A stretch of DNA of 38,693 bases from Polyangiaceae bacterium (GTDB lineage Bacteria; Myxococcota_A; Polyangia; Polyangiales; Polyangiaceae), in contig JAICXU010000001.1 in NCBI GenBank assembly GCA_025934595.1, forward strand, positions 1 through 38,693, read 5' to 3'. The notes beneath the pieces are model-generated. The model was given only the letters and a program-made list of their open reading frames with translations. It did no database searches and had not been told where the DNA came from. The stretch's first letter is position 1, and each line of letters opens with the position of its first letter. The translations under genes were made by a program, and so were the position numbers. Positions 1-9,410 of the stretch are shown piece by piece.

Positions 1-50
1 ACGCGAATCTTCTATAATAACGAGGCGTCACGGAATCAAGAGAGGCCGGG

Positions 51-332
51 TCACGTGCCTCGAAACGTCTGCACGAGCGTGTAGATCCCCATGCCGATGA
101 GCAGGATGCCGGCGGCGCCCTCGACATAGCGGAGGTTGATTCGTTTTTCGATTTGCTCGGCCAGGATGACGGCGAGGAGCGAGCTCGTGACGAGCGCGAG
201 CGCCGACCCTGCAAACACCGACCACTTGGCGTTCGAGCTCGCCGCCATCGTAAGAGTCATCACTTGCGTTTTGTCGCCGAGCTCCGCGAGAAAGATCGCG
301 GCGAACGCGCTGCCGAAGAGGCGAAGATCCAT
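51..332 (-). CDS. UPF0016/GDT1 (TMEM165-like) family membrane protein, single-repeat 93-aa form; putative divalent cation (Mn2+/Ca2+) transporter
   Basis: Internal ATG at 332 of tracked ORF 51..539. Product MDLRLFGSAFAAIFLAELGDKTQ... carries the E-x-G-D-K-T family signature and three hydrophobic helices. The upstream part of the tracked ORF is Arg-rich and runs into the neighbouring gene. Confidence 0.75.
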   Translation of the reverse strand: MDLRLFGSAFAAIFLAELGDKTQVMTLTMAASSNAKWSVFAGSALALVTSSLLAVILAEQIEKRINLRYVEGAAGILLIGMGIYTLVQTFRGT

Positions 333-373
333 TGGAGGATTGTAGCCTGATCGCGACGGCGCGGAGACGCCAG

Positions 374-3064
374 CTAGCGCGCAGCGAAGAACGCGTCGGG
401 CTCCAAGCCGAACGCAGAAATTTTGAGCCTCGCGAAAATCTCTTCCGCGCGCTTCGCATACGTCGCCGCTTCGCGGATGATGTTCGGGTCGGTGGCGTAT
501 TCGGCCGTATTTCGCAGGAGATCGGCGTACGCGCGGCAACTTCTCGCGAGCTCCACTTCGTTTCCGATTTCTTCGAAGATCTTGATCGCCTTGAGTAGAT
601 AGCCGCGCGCGTTCTTGATGCCTTCGCCCCCGGCGCTGGCGGCGGCCGTGACCTCGCCGAGCGATCGCAATGCGACGCCCATGTGCACCTTGCTCTGGAC
701 CTCACCGAAAATTTCCACCGCGCGTGCGGTGCATTCGCGCGCCTTCGTGTATTCGCGTTGCGCGAGGTAGGCCTTGCCGAGACCGCGCACCGCTTCGGCG
801 AGACCCATCTTGTCGCCGAGCTCGTCGGCGAGCTCCTCGGCTTGCTTCAAAAAATTCACCGCCGCCGATGCATCACCCAGACGATTGTGCGTCTCGCCGA
901 GATTCGTGAGGACGAGCGCGATGCGATTGCGGTCTCCGGTCTCGAGCGCGACCTCGTAGGCCTCTTGGAAAAGCTTGAGCGCGCGTTTGTCGTCGCGTTG
1001 ATCTTGCGCGACCGTGCCGAGGTTGTTCAGCGAGATCGAGACGCCGACGAGATCACCGATTTCACGGCGAATGCGGAGCGCCTGCTCGAAGGCGTCGAGC
1101 GCTTGCACGTATTGCCCGGAGTCTTGGTAGACGAGGCCGAGGTTGTTGAGCGAGAGCGCGATCGATCGCCGATCGCCTATTTTTCTGCGCATCGCGAGCG
1201 CGCGCTGCGTGTATTCGAGCGCCTTGTGATAGTCGCCGCGGAGCCAATGGAGCTTGCCGATGTCGTCGACGGTGCTCGCGATGCCGCGCTCGTCTTTCGC
1301 TTCCTCGAAGAGCAAGAGCGCGGCGTCGAGGTGGCGTGACGCTTCTTCGAGGTCGCCCGTGTCGCGATAGAGCCTTCCGATGCGTCCGTGCGCCGCGCCG
1401 CCTTTCGTGCGCTGATCGAGCTTGTACGAACGACCGAGCATCTCGCGGAACGCCTTGAGCGCGTCTTCGGTGCGACCGAGCGCTTGCAGCACGTCGCCGT
1501 AATGATGGAGCGCGAGGAGGCGCGCGTTCGGATCGACCTCGGCGCCGACCTCACCGAGAAGCGCGAGCCCGGTGGCGTAATATTCGGCGGCTTTTGCGTT
1601 CGCATAACGCGATCGCGCGACGTCGGCCGCTTCGAGATACGCGCTCGCGGCCTGCCATTTCGAGCCCGCCTTCTCGCGATGTCGCGCGAGCATCGCCACG
1701 TACTCTTCGTGCGTGCGTACGTACTCTTTGAACGAAAGCCAGTCGCCGACGGCGGCGTGATAGCGGCGCGCGATGGCGGTGGGCGTGATCTTCGCGAAGG
1801 CCTCACGCTCCAAGTTGTGCTTGAAGACGTATTCCTCGTCGCCCGCGAACGTGCTGTCGGGGAGCTTCAAGATGTAGTCGCGCTGAGCGAGCTCCTCGAG
1901 CCGCTCGCGCAACGTGACGGTGTCGAGCAGCGCGCCTTTGCTCCAAATCTCGGGCGATTGCGTGCCGAGCCGCGCGATCGCGACGAGGCCTCCGAGCCAA
2001 AATACGCCGCCCATCACCGCCGCGCGCTCGAGCAGCTCTCGCTCCTCGGGAGCGAGCGAAGCGATTCGCGCCTGGACGGCGTCCTCGATCGTGAGCGGCA
2101 ACCGCACGGTGCCGAGCTTGTCGGCATGAACGCGCCACCTCTCTTGCTCGGCGAGCTCGTCCTCCACTTCGAGCACGCCCATGTCGAGGAAGATCCGAAC
2201 CATCTGCTCGAGGAGCGCCGGATTTCCTCCGGCGAGCGTGCACGCCGCGTCGATGAGCTCGTCGACGTCGACGTCGTCTCCGCAGGGCGCGAGCAAATCC
2301 TGCATCACCGCGGAGGCGTCCGTCTCGGACAGCGGCGAGAGCTCGATGATTTGATGGCGCCCGTCGTCGGCTTTCACCCATGCGTCACGGCGTGCCATCA
2401 CCTCGGGACGCGCGATGCAGACGAACAAGATCGGCGCCGTGACGTTCTCGATCAAATAGGCGAGGAGCTCCAGCGAGTCGTCGCGCGCCCAATGCAGATC
2501 ATCGAACACGAGGACGAGCGGACCACCGCCGCCGGCAAGCGCATCGGCCTCGAAAAACCGCTTGATGACCGCGCGTCGCAGACGGAGAGCCTCTTGCGGG
2601 TCGGCAAGGACGGCGCGAATGAGCGGCGAGTCTTGGAACGCGAGCTCGAGGATCTGCCCCAGAAAATAAATGACGTCGCCGACTTTTCGATCCTCGAGGA
2701 CCTCGGCGCACTGGGCGCGGATTTGTGCTTTCGCTACCTCCGCGTCCATGCCTTCGACGATCCCGAATCGGGCGCGGAGGACGCGCGCGAAGACGCCGTA
2801 CGAGGGGCCGTGATCGCGCGCCGAGCCGCGGAACACGCGCGGCGTTTTTTCGCCGAGCCCGCGCATCTTCACGAGGAAGTCGCGCACGAGGCGCGTCTTG
2901 CCGATGCCGGTGGCGCCGAGCACGGTGACGATGCGCGGCGTCCCCTTGTCGCGCACGGCGCGAAGAGCGTCCTCGAGCTCGTTCATGTCCGCCTGGCGCC
3001 CGACGAGCGTGGCTCGTCTCTCGCTTACCCCGAAACCGGGTGCGAAGCTGGGTCGGTCGGCCAT
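374..3064 (-). CDS. STAND-type P-loop NTPase (AAA_16-like) fused to a long TPR array; regulatory ATPase with no recognisable output domain
   Basis: 896-aa ORF with ATG at 3064. Walker A GATGIGKT, Walker B-like LVLVFDDLHW. The C-terminal half has repeated TPR_12-type units (SLNNLGLVYQDSG, SLNNLGTVAQDQ, VLTNLGETHNRLG, AEAVRGLGKAY). Confidence 0.85.
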   Translation of the reverse strand: MADRPSFAPGFGVSERRATLVGRQADMNELEDALRAVRDKGTPRIVTVLGATGIGKTRLVRDFLVKMRGLGEKTPRVFRGSARDHGPSYGVFARVLRARFGIVEGMDAEVAKAQIRAQCAEVLEDRKVGDVIYFLGQILELAFQDSPLIRAVLADPQEALRLRRAVIKRFFEADALAGGGGPLVLVFDDLHWARDDSLELLAYLIENVTAPILFVCIARPEVMARRDAWVKADDGRHQIIELSPLSETDASAVMQDLLAPCGDDVDVDELIDAACTLAGGNPALLEQMVRIFLDMGVLEVEDELAEQERWRVHADKLGTVRLPLTIEDAVQARIASLAPEERELLERAAVMGGVFWLGGLVAIARLGTQSPEIWSKGALLDTVTLRERLEELAQRDYILKLPDSTFAGDEEYVFKHNLEREAFAKITPTAIARRYHAAVGDWLSFKEYVRTHEEYVAMLARHREKAGSKWQAASAYLEAADVARSRYANAKAAEYYATGLALLGEVGAEVDPNARLLALHHYGDVLQALGRTEDALKAFREMLGRSYKLDQRTKGGAAHGRIGRLYRDTGDLEEASRHLDAALLLFEEAKDERGIASTVDDIGKLHWLRGDYHKALEYTQRALAMRRKIGDRRSIALSLNNLGLVYQDSGQYVQALDAFEQALRIRREIGDLVGVSISLNNLGTVAQDQRDDKRALKLFQEAYEVALETGDRNRIALVLTNLGETHNRLGDASAAVNFLKQAEELADELGDKMGLAEAVRGLGKAYLAQREYTKARECTARAVEIFGEVQSKVHMGVALRSLGEVTAAASAGGEGIKNARGYLLKAIKIFEEIGNEVELARSCRAYADLLRNTAEYATDPNIIREAATYAKRAEEIFARLKISAFGLEPDAFFAAR

Positions 3065-3086
3065 GGAAGCCGAAGTCTACATCAGC

Positions 3087-4112
3087 TCAATCGCCTTCGA
3101 CCGGATCGTTCGGCGCGGCGAGGACGGCAGAGGAATTCGAGACGTCGTCCGCATCCGGGCTCGACGAAGAATCGCCTGCATTTTGCGGTGAATCGTCATT
3201 CATCGGCTTCGCGGGCTGAGGCTCCGCTCGGCTCGGCGCATCCGTCTTGACGTGGTCGGTCGGCGGCGCGGGCGGCTCGGTTCGCTCGCGATGCTTCGGC
3301 GTCGGAACATGTGTAATATGCATCTTCTTTCGCGGCGCCGGATTTTCGATGCATGCGCGCTGGCCCGCGGGGCAACCGATGCGCACGTGGAAGTGATCGT
3401 CGTGCGGCAAGCTCCCGTGCGGTTGCATCATGAGCTCGGCCGCGCGCGCGCGAACGGATTCGGGCGCGCCGACCTTCGCCGCATAGGCGAGGAGCCTTGC
3501 ACGGAGGGGTGAGGACACGAAGATGTGCGTGACGTTCGCGTTGTCCTGGACGATCGAAGAGATGAGCGTCCAGTTGCGCGCGTCATCGAAGCGCGCGCCG
3601 GGCCACGTGGACGCGGTGCCGTCACCTGCGAACTTGACCATGCTGTCGGAGAAGACCTGCTTGCCCTCGCTATTTTTCACGTAAAACGCGAGGTCCGCGT
3701 CGCGTCCGCTTTCGTGTGAGGCGTGATCGCCGACGTCGCCACCTCCGCTTCGAGAGAGGTGGCCGACCTCGAGCACGGAGCCTGGAAACTTCTTCGTGAC
3801 CGTCCTTGCCGCGCGGTCGATCATCGAAACGAGCGGAGACAAACCCCATCGCACGTCGCCCGGCGCGTCGTGCGCCATCACCTTCACGTACGAGGTGTCT
3901 TCGAGACGCTCGCCGCCGACGAGGTGCCCGTCCGTCGGCGACCCGACGCTTTTTCCGAATCGCAGCGCCGCGGCATTCGCGACGACGCGCGCCGTCACCA
4001 TCTTCGGCGCGGAGTTCGGCGACGCCACGACCGACGACGTGATGAGGGTGATCGCCACCGAGAAGAAGACGGCCGAGCGCATGGGCAACTCGCAACCAAG
4101 CACGCCCCGCAT
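3087..4112 (-). CDS. mepA: Penicillin-insensitive murein endopeptidase (MepA-like, peptidase M74) with signal peptide and low-complexity C-terminal tail
   Basis: Zn-ligand motifs [16 protein letters not shown] and [12 protein letters not shown] resemble MepA. Hydrophobic signal [20 protein letters not shown]. Start is uncertain: TTG 4160 (track), first ATG 4112, ATG 4082 directly before the signal peptide. Confidence 0.7.
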   Translation of the reverse strand: MRGVLGCELPMRSAVFFSVAITLITSSVVASPNSAPKMVTARVVANAAALRFGKSVGSPTDGHLVGGERLEDTSYVKVMAHDAPGDVRWGLSPLVSMIDRAARTVTKKFPGSVLEVGHLSRSGGGDVGDHASHESGRDADLAFYVKNSEGKQVFSDSMVKFAGDGTASTWPGARFDDARNWTLISSIVQDNANVTHIFVSSPLRARLLAYAAKVGAPESVRARAAELMMQPHGSLPHDDHFHVRIGCPAGQRACIENPAPRKKMHITHVPTPKHRERTEPPAPPTDHVKTDAPSRAEPQPAKPMNDDSPQNAGDSSSSPDADDVSNSSAVLAAPNDPVEGD

Positions 4113-4180
4113 TTTCGGGCCAAATTTGCGGCCATCGGGGAGCGTTTCGGTGCGCGCCAAAATCCGCTAGCGTCCGCGCC

Positions 4181-4945
4181 ATGCAGAAAGTGTTCAAAAG
4201 CGCGCAAGAGGCGTGCGCGGGTGTTCCCGACGGCTGCACGCTCCTCGCAGGTGGCTTCGGTCTTTGCGGCATTCCCGAAAATTCGATTCGCGCCTTGGCC
4301 GACCTCGGCGTGAAGGGCATCACGGTCGTCTCCAACAATTGCGGCGTCGACGACTTCGGTCTCGGGATCCTTCTTCGCAACAAGCAGATCGTGAAGATGA
4401 TCTCGAGCTACGTCGGCGAGAACAAAGAGTTCGAGCGGCAATATTTGTCCGGCGAGCTCGAAGTGGAGCTCTGTCCGCAAGGCACGCTCGCCGAGCGCAT
4501 TCGCGCGGGCGGCGCAGGAATTCCGGCCTTTTATACGCCCACCGGCGCGGGCACCGCGATCAGCGACGGCGGGCTGCCGTTGAAATATGCGAGCGACGGC
4601 AGCGTCGCGAAGTCGTCACCGAAGAAAGAGCAGCGCGAGTTCCACGGCCGCACGTACGTGCTCGAGCCCGCGATCACGGGTGACTTCGCCATCGTCAAAG
4701 CGTGGAAAGGCGATCGCTACGGCAACCTCGTCTACCGGCACACGGCCATGAACTTCAATCCCATGATGGCAATGGCCGCGAAGACGACGATCGCGGAGGT
4801 CGAGGTGCTCGTCGAGCCCGGCGAGCTCGATCCCGATCACATCCACACGCCGGGAATTTTCGTGCAGCGAATCTACAAGGGCGAAAATTTCGAAAAGCGC
4901 ATCGAGCGACGCACGGTGACGCAAGCTGTAGGAGGTGCGAAATGA
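4181..4945 (+). CDS. scoA: 3-oxoacid CoA-transferase subunit A
   Basis: 254-aa ORF. The N-terminus ...[20 protein letters not shown]...VVSNNCG... is typical of CoA-transferase family I alpha subunits. ATGA overlap with the B subunit. Confidence 0.9.
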   Translation: MQKVFKSAQEACAGVPDGCTLLAGGFGLCGIPENSIRALADLGVKGITVVSNNCGVDDFGLGILLRNKQIVKMISSYVGENKEFERQYLSGELEVELCPQGTLAERIRAGGAGIPAFYTPTGAGTAISDGGLPLKYASDGSVAKSSPKKEQREFHGRTYVLEPAITGDFAIVKAWKGDRYGNLVYRHTAMNFNPMMAMAAKTTIAEVEVLVEPGELDPDHIHTPGIFVQRIYKGENFEKRIERRTVTQAVGGAK

Positions 4946-5601
4946 GCGGCCTCTCCCGAGAGCAAATCGCGCAGCGCGCCGCACAAGAATTGCGCGACGG
5001 CTTTTACGTGAACCTCGGCATCGGCATGCCGACGCTCGTCGCGAACTACATTCCGCCGGGCGTCGAGGTCGTCTTGCAATCGGAGAACGGCCTCCTCGGC
5101 ATCGGCCCGTGGCCGGTCGCTGGAAAAGAAGACGCCGATCTCATCAACGCCGGAAAAGAGACGGTCACGATGCTGAAGGGCTCGGCGATCTTTTCGAGCT
5201 CCGACAGCTTCGCGATGATCCGCGGCGGTCACATCGACCTCGCGATCCTCGGCGCGATGCAAGTCTCGGCTCGCGGCGATCTCGCGAACTGGATGATCCC
5301 AGGCAAAATGGTGAAGGGCATGGGCGGCGCGATGGACCTCGTCGCTTCCGCCAAGCGCGTCGTCGTGATCATGGAGCACACCGCGAAAGGCGGCGCGCCG
5401 AAGATCTTGAACGAGTGCAACTTGCCGCTCACCGGTCTTCACGTCGTGCACCGCATCATCACCGAGCTCGCGACGATCGACGTCACGAAAGACGGTCTCG
5501 TTCTGCGTGAAGTGGCGCCCGGCGTCAGCGCGAAAGACGTGCAAGAGCGCACGGAGCCCACGCTCCTCGTGCCGAGCGACCTCGCGACGATGAAAGTGTA
5601 G
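4942..5601 (+). CDS. scoB: 3-oxoacid CoA-transferase subunit B
   Basis: ATG at 4942 follows GGAGG (4931-4935) and overlaps the scoA stop. Product [33 protein letters not shown]...SENG... has the beta-subunit glutamate motif. The upstream 80 codons of tracked ORF 4702..5601 are out-of-frame scoA sequence. Confidence 0.9.
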   Translation: MSGLSREQIAQRAAQELRDGFYVNLGIGMPTLVANYIPPGVEVVLQSENGLLGIGPWPVAGKEDADLINAGKETVTMLKGSAIFSSSDSFAMIRGGHIDLAILGAMQVSARGDLANWMIPGKMVKGMGGAMDLVASAKRVVVIMEHTAKGGAPKILNECNLPLTGLHVVHRIITELATIDVTKDGLVLREVAPGVSAKDVQERTEPTLLVPSDLATMKV

Positions 5602-5608
5602 GGCCGCG

Positions 5609-6721
5609 ATGGCGTCCCGAGCGATCCCGCGTCCCGCCAAGAAGACGCGGAAAAAGAAGCCTGTTCGCGAGCCGGCGCCACAGCGTGACTCCAGCAAAAA
5701 GGCGCTGCTGACGCTGCTCGAGCTCACGCAAACCCTCACCGACGATCATCCGCTCGAAGCCTCGCTTCGCCATGTGACCGAAGCCGCGCTTCATTTGGTG
5801 CCCGGCGATCACGCGTCGATTCGTTTGCTCGACGGCACGCACACCGAGCTCCTCTCAGGCGCGCGTTCGGGCGCGGGAGAGACGTTGCCCCCGATGACGT
5901 TCCGCCGCGGCGAAGGCATGATCGGTTGGGTCGTCGAGCACCGCAAAGGCGTGCGCGCCGGTGAGGTCTCGAAGGATCCGCGCTTCAAGCCCGCCACCGG
6001 GCTTCGTAAGTCGCTCGCGATCAAATCGATCGTCGCCGAGCCTTTGTGGTCGGCAGGAAACGTGATCGGAGTCGTGTCCGTGTCGTCGCCGAAGGCGCAC
6101 GCGTTCACGGCCGATCACGAGCTCCTCGTGCGCCTCCTCGCGAACTGTTCTTCGCCGCCGATCGAGCGCGTGCGTTTGCGCCGGCTCGCGATGACCGACG
6201 ACCTCACGCTCGCGTACAACCAACGTTACCTCGCGCCGCGTTTTTACGAAGAGATCGAGCGCGCGCGGCGCACGGGGACCGACATGAGCGTGCTCATGAT
6301 GGATCTCGATCACTTCAAGATCGTCAACGACAACTATGGCCACGCGGTGGGCGACTCCGTGCTGCGCTATTTCGCAGACCGCGTGCGAAGCGTCGTGCGA
6401 AAAATGGACATCTTCATTCGCCGTGGCGGTGAGGAGTTCAACCTCGTGATGCCCGGCACCTCGCTCGATCACGCTCGCGCAACGGCCGAGCGCATTCGTC
6501 GGATCATGAGCGATTCGCCATTCGAGATCGGCGACCAATCGATTCGCCAAACCGTGAGCATCGGCGTCGCCACGTGGGACGGTGAAGAGCCGCCCGAAGA
6601 GCTCCAGCGCCGCGCCGACATGGCGATGTATCGCGCGAAAGAAAACGGCAGAAATCGAGCCGAAATCGCGCTTCCCGAAGAAGCGCCCGCGCCGGTCACG
6701 CAGCGTCGCGGCACGACATGA
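5609..6721 (+). CDS. GAF-domain diguanylate cyclase (GGDEF); active-site GGEEF and intact RxxD I-site
   Basis: 370-aa ORF. GAF-like N-terminal half, then ...LTLAYNQRYL...MDLDHFKIVNDNYGH..GD...RKMDIFIRRGGEEF. The RxxD lies 5 residues before GGEEF. Confidence 0.85.
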   Translation: MASRAIPRPAKKTRKKKPVREPAPQRDSSKKALLTLLELTQTLTDDHPLEASLRHVTEAALHLVPGDHASIRLLDGTHTELLSGARSGAGETLPPMTFRRGEGMIGWVVEHRKGVRAGEVSKDPRFKPATGLRKSLAIKSIVAEPLWSAGNVIGVVSVSSPKAHAFTADHELLVRLLANCSSPPIERVRLRRLAMTDDLTLAYNQRYLAPRFYEEIERARRTGTDMSVLMMDLDHFKIVNDNYGHAVGDSVLRYFADRVRSVVRKMDIFIRRGGEEFNLVMPGTSLDHARATAERIRRIMSDSPFEIGDQSIRQTVSIGVATWDGEEPPEELQRRADMAMYRAKENGRNRAEIALPEEAPAPVTQRRGTT

Positions 6722-8598
6722 CCCGATCGCGGCGAGCCGCGGCGTTCTCGTGCGGAGCGTCAGGACGCGCACGAGCCTGCGCGCTATTCGCGATCGCGTG
6801 CGGAGCGGCGTCGTGCAGCTCGTCAGCGCCCTCGATCGTCGTCGGAGTCACCACACAGATGCGCGTGCCCAAAGATCTGCGCAGCGTCCGCATCGTCGCT
6901 CACGTCGGCGGAAGCACGACGTGTGAATCGCACGCGATCGACACGGCGGGCAGCTCGCTCCCGATCGCGCTCACGCTCGAAGGCAACGCGAACGACGTCG
7001 TGAAGGTCACCGTCGCAGGTTTCTCGGACGCTACGACTGCCCTGCCCTCGGATCCTTGCTCCACCGCCGGCGCGCTCGTCGTGCGGAGCGCCACCTCGCA
7101 TTTGATCGACGGCCAATCGCTCTACCTTCCCATGCCTCTCAAATATTTGTGCGAGAACGTCGCGTGCGACGACGGGCAAAGTTGCTTCGCGGGAGCATGC
7201 GATTCGGATGTCGTCGATCCCACCGCGCTCGTTCGCTATTCGGATCCGCTTCTCTACGGGAACACGAGCTTCTGCATTTCGAACGGCACGTGCATGAACC
7301 ATACGTCGCCCGTGCTCATGTCGGATCCCGATCACTGCACGTTCACGTTCGCGATCGACGACGTCGCGTTCGACAATCAAGGCGTCAACATCCAGCTCGT
7401 GCACGACGACCTCGAACGCGAGGTGATCGATCTCGGCGATCCCCGCGAAGGATTTTCGTACGACCCGAAGACGCCCAAAGAGTTCACGATCGCGCCACGC
7501 CTCTGCGACGACGTGAAATCCGGAAAGATCACCGTCGTATCTTCCGGTGTCGGCTGTCCCGCGAAGACGGTGCTGAACCCGATGTGTGATCCCGCGCACG
7601 ACGGCGACAACGGTCGGCCCAAAGAAGGCGCGACTATTTGCACGTCGACGGCGGACGTCATGCCCGCACCAAATGCCTATTATTTCCTGCTCGATCGCTC
7701 GTCGAGCATGGCTGCATTCTACACGCAATCGCAAGGCACGCTCGCGGAGGTGCTCCGCCTTCTGTTGTCTGCACCCACGTTTTCGACGGCTAACGTGGCG
7801 CTCGATTACTTGCCGGCGAGCGCCGGCGATTGCACGGCGAGCTCGAGCTCGCTCGCGTCACCGCTCGTTCCGATGGGCAAAGCGAATCGATCCGCGGACG
7901 CGATTTCGGGAGCGCTCGATCCGAGCGCAGTGCTCGCGGACGATCCCCCGCTCTTCATGGACGCGGCGCTGCGTTCGCCGGCGGCGTACGCCGTGCTCGA
8001 AGCGCTCGATCCGTCTGCGTTCGATCGACGCACGCTCGTCCTCGTCGGCAATCGCGATTTTTATGGCGATTGCGCGCCGCCGATCGGGACCACGAACGGC
8101 CTCGGCTTCAACGAGCACGACGCGACCGGCATCGACACCGGCGCGATCGTGCTCAAGGCACCACCGACGACCGATCAAGGAGGCCACGATGCGTTCGTCG
8201 ACGCGGTCGCCATCGCTCGCGCCGGCTTCGGTCCCTTTGCGGACGGCACCGTCGACGACAAAACCGCGGCGATCGCCGTGCTCTCGGCGTTCGACATTCA
8301 ACAGAGCTGCACGTACGACGTGCCCGCTGACGCCGATCTGACGCACGTGGCCGGCAGCTTCCTCACGTACTTCGACGTCGTCGCTCAAAATCGAATCGAT
8401 ATCCCGTTCGACGCGGGATGCGTCGACGCAACGTCACCCGTCGATGGCTTCAACGTCGTCGGATCGAGGATCGTGGTGTGCGGCGCGCCGTGCGGAGGGC
8501 TTCGTTTCGTGCTCGATACGAGCGGCCTCTACGCCATCCAACATCACGCCGCGCCACCGCTCGTTCCGATCCGATGGTCCCCGCCGTGCAGCCATTAA
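6718..8598 (+). CDS. Cys-rich secreted lipoprotein with a possible vWA-like (MIDAS DxSxS) domain; function unknown
   Basis: ATG 6718 overlaps the cyclase stop (ATGA). Lipobox-like LFAIAC. Cys-rich motif CDDGQSCFAGAC. YYFLLDRSSSM resembles a vWA MIDAS motif, followed later by TLVLVGNRD. Confidence 0.6.
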   Translation: MTRSRRAAAFSCGASGRARACALFAIACGAASCSSSAPSIVVGVTTQMRVPKDLRSVRIVAHVGGSTTCESHAIDTAGSSLPIALTLEGNANDVVKVTVAGFSDATTALPSDPCSTAGALVVRSATSHLIDGQSLYLPMPLKYLCENVACDDGQSCFAGACDSDVVDPTALVRYSDPLLYGNTSFCISNGTCMNHTSPVLMSDPDHCTFTFAIDDVAFDNQGVNIQLVHDDLEREVIDLGDPREGFSYDPKTPKEFTIAPRLCDDVKSGKITVVSSGVGCPAKTVLNPMCDPAHDGDNGRPKEGATICTSTADVMPAPNAYYFLLDRSSSMAAFYTQSQGTLAEVLRLLLSAPTFSTANVALDYLPASAGDCTASSSSLASPLVPMGKANRSADAISGALDPSAVLADDPPLFMDAALRSPAAYAVLEALDPSAFDRRTLVLVGNRDFYGDCAPPIGTTNGLGFNEHDATGIDTGAIVLKAPPTTDQGGHDAFVDAVAIARAGFGPFADGTVDDKTAAIAVLSAFDIQQSCTYDVPADADLTHVAGSFLTYFDVVAQNRIDIPFDAGCVDATSPVDGFNVVGSRIVVCGAPCGGLRFVLDTSGLYAIQHHAAPPLVPIRWSPPCSH

Positions 8599-9401
8599 GG
8601 ACCGAAAGCCAAGCCGACGTGAGGCAAAAACAAAACTTGTGGGCCTGACGCCATCGCGTAGGCCGGGGTCGCGATGGGAGCGACTTGCCCATTTCCGGCG
8701 AGCTGCCTGCCGTCGTCGGCGGCGGAACGCGTGCCCGTTCCCGCGTTCTCGATCCAAATCCCGAGACCGAATGCGAACGCGAGGGTGGGTGTCGTTCGAT
8801 ATTGGAGGCTTGCGTCGAGGCTGAGCGCCGGCGAGAAATAGTGCGTTCCGGTCGGGAAATAAGGGCGATCCTCGAGACCCGAAGTGCTCGTCGCTTCCCG
8901 CTCGAGCGCCATGTAGCGATACGCGAGGCCGATGCCCGCGGCGACGCTCTCGCGCCATCGTTTGCCGTCGATCGTGTACCTGCCGCGCGCTGCGAGCATG
9001 CCGCCGCTTCGCAAGATGATGAACGTCTCTTCGCGCGGCGGATTCGCGAGGAGCGGATTGCCGAAGGGCTGGTGCGTGACACCGTCGTACTGCGCGGAGG
9101 GCAATTGAAAATCTCCGAGCGCGCCGATCATGAGCTCGACGCCGTAACGCCCGCGCATCGTGCCGACGTGGCCCATGAAGCCGCCGCCGATCGGTTGCGC
9201 ACGCGAGCAATCCGCCGCGCCGAGATCCTGACAGCTGGTTTGCAGCTCGTTGCCGGCGCCGAACGGCTCGAGCATGCCGGTGAAATCGAGCTCCCCATAA
9301 ATTCCCTGCGAGGGCCGCGACCATGAGTCATCGTCTGCGCGAGCGTCGAACGAAAGCCAGGGCACGCCCACGAGGACGAGCGCGAAGAGCCGTCGTCGCA
9401 T
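8595..9401 (-). CDS. Secreted protein, probable small outer-membrane beta-barrel; function unknown
   Basis: 268-aa ORF. Signal peptide MRRRLFALVLVGVPWLSFDARA. Alternating hydrophobic beta-strand patterns (AAGIGLAYRY, TLAFAFGLGIWIE, VLFLPHVGLAF). Its stop overlaps the convergent gene's stop (TTAA at 8595-8598). Confidence 0.5.
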   Translation of the reverse strand: MRRRLFALVLVGVPWLSFDARADDDSWSRPSQGIYGELDFTGMLEPFGAGNELQTSCQDLGAADCSRAQPIGGGFMGHVGTMRGRYGVELMIGALGDFQLPSAQYDGVTHQPFGNPLLANPPREETFIILRSGGMLAARGRYTIDGKRWRESVAAGIGLAYRYMALEREATSTSGLEDRPYFPTGTHYFSPALSLDASLQYRTTPTLAFAFGLGIWIENAGTGTRSAADDGRQLAGNGQVAPIATPAYAMASGPQVLFLPHVGLAFGP

Positions 9402-9410
9402 ACGAGCGAT

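Noticed and set aside
333-373. Mn2+ (yybP-ykoY) riboswitch upstream of the UPF0016 gene
   Set aside because: Only 41 nt separate the start codon from the preceding gene's stop. That is too short for the riboswitch of about 100 nt, and I could not recognise its conserved loops.
1388-3250. 620-aa + strand ORF, together with many other long ORFs: 683..1339, 1177..1806, 5855..6772, 6823..7734, 8434..9324, 10959..11960, 11957..13132, 12339..13634, 13736..14764, 22722..23861, 25643..26734, 26853..27929, 30529..31959, 34050..35357
   Set aside because: All lie antisense to, or out of frame with, genes that have clear family motifs. Their products are Arg/Ala/Gly/Pro-rich with no motifs, which is the usual open-frame artefact of high-GC DNA.
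8595-8598. TTAA overlap of the stop codons of convergent genes as a regulatory feature
   Set aside because: This is probably incidental. Convergent overlaps of a few bases are common in compact high-GC genomes, and there is no hairpin to suggest a shared terminator.
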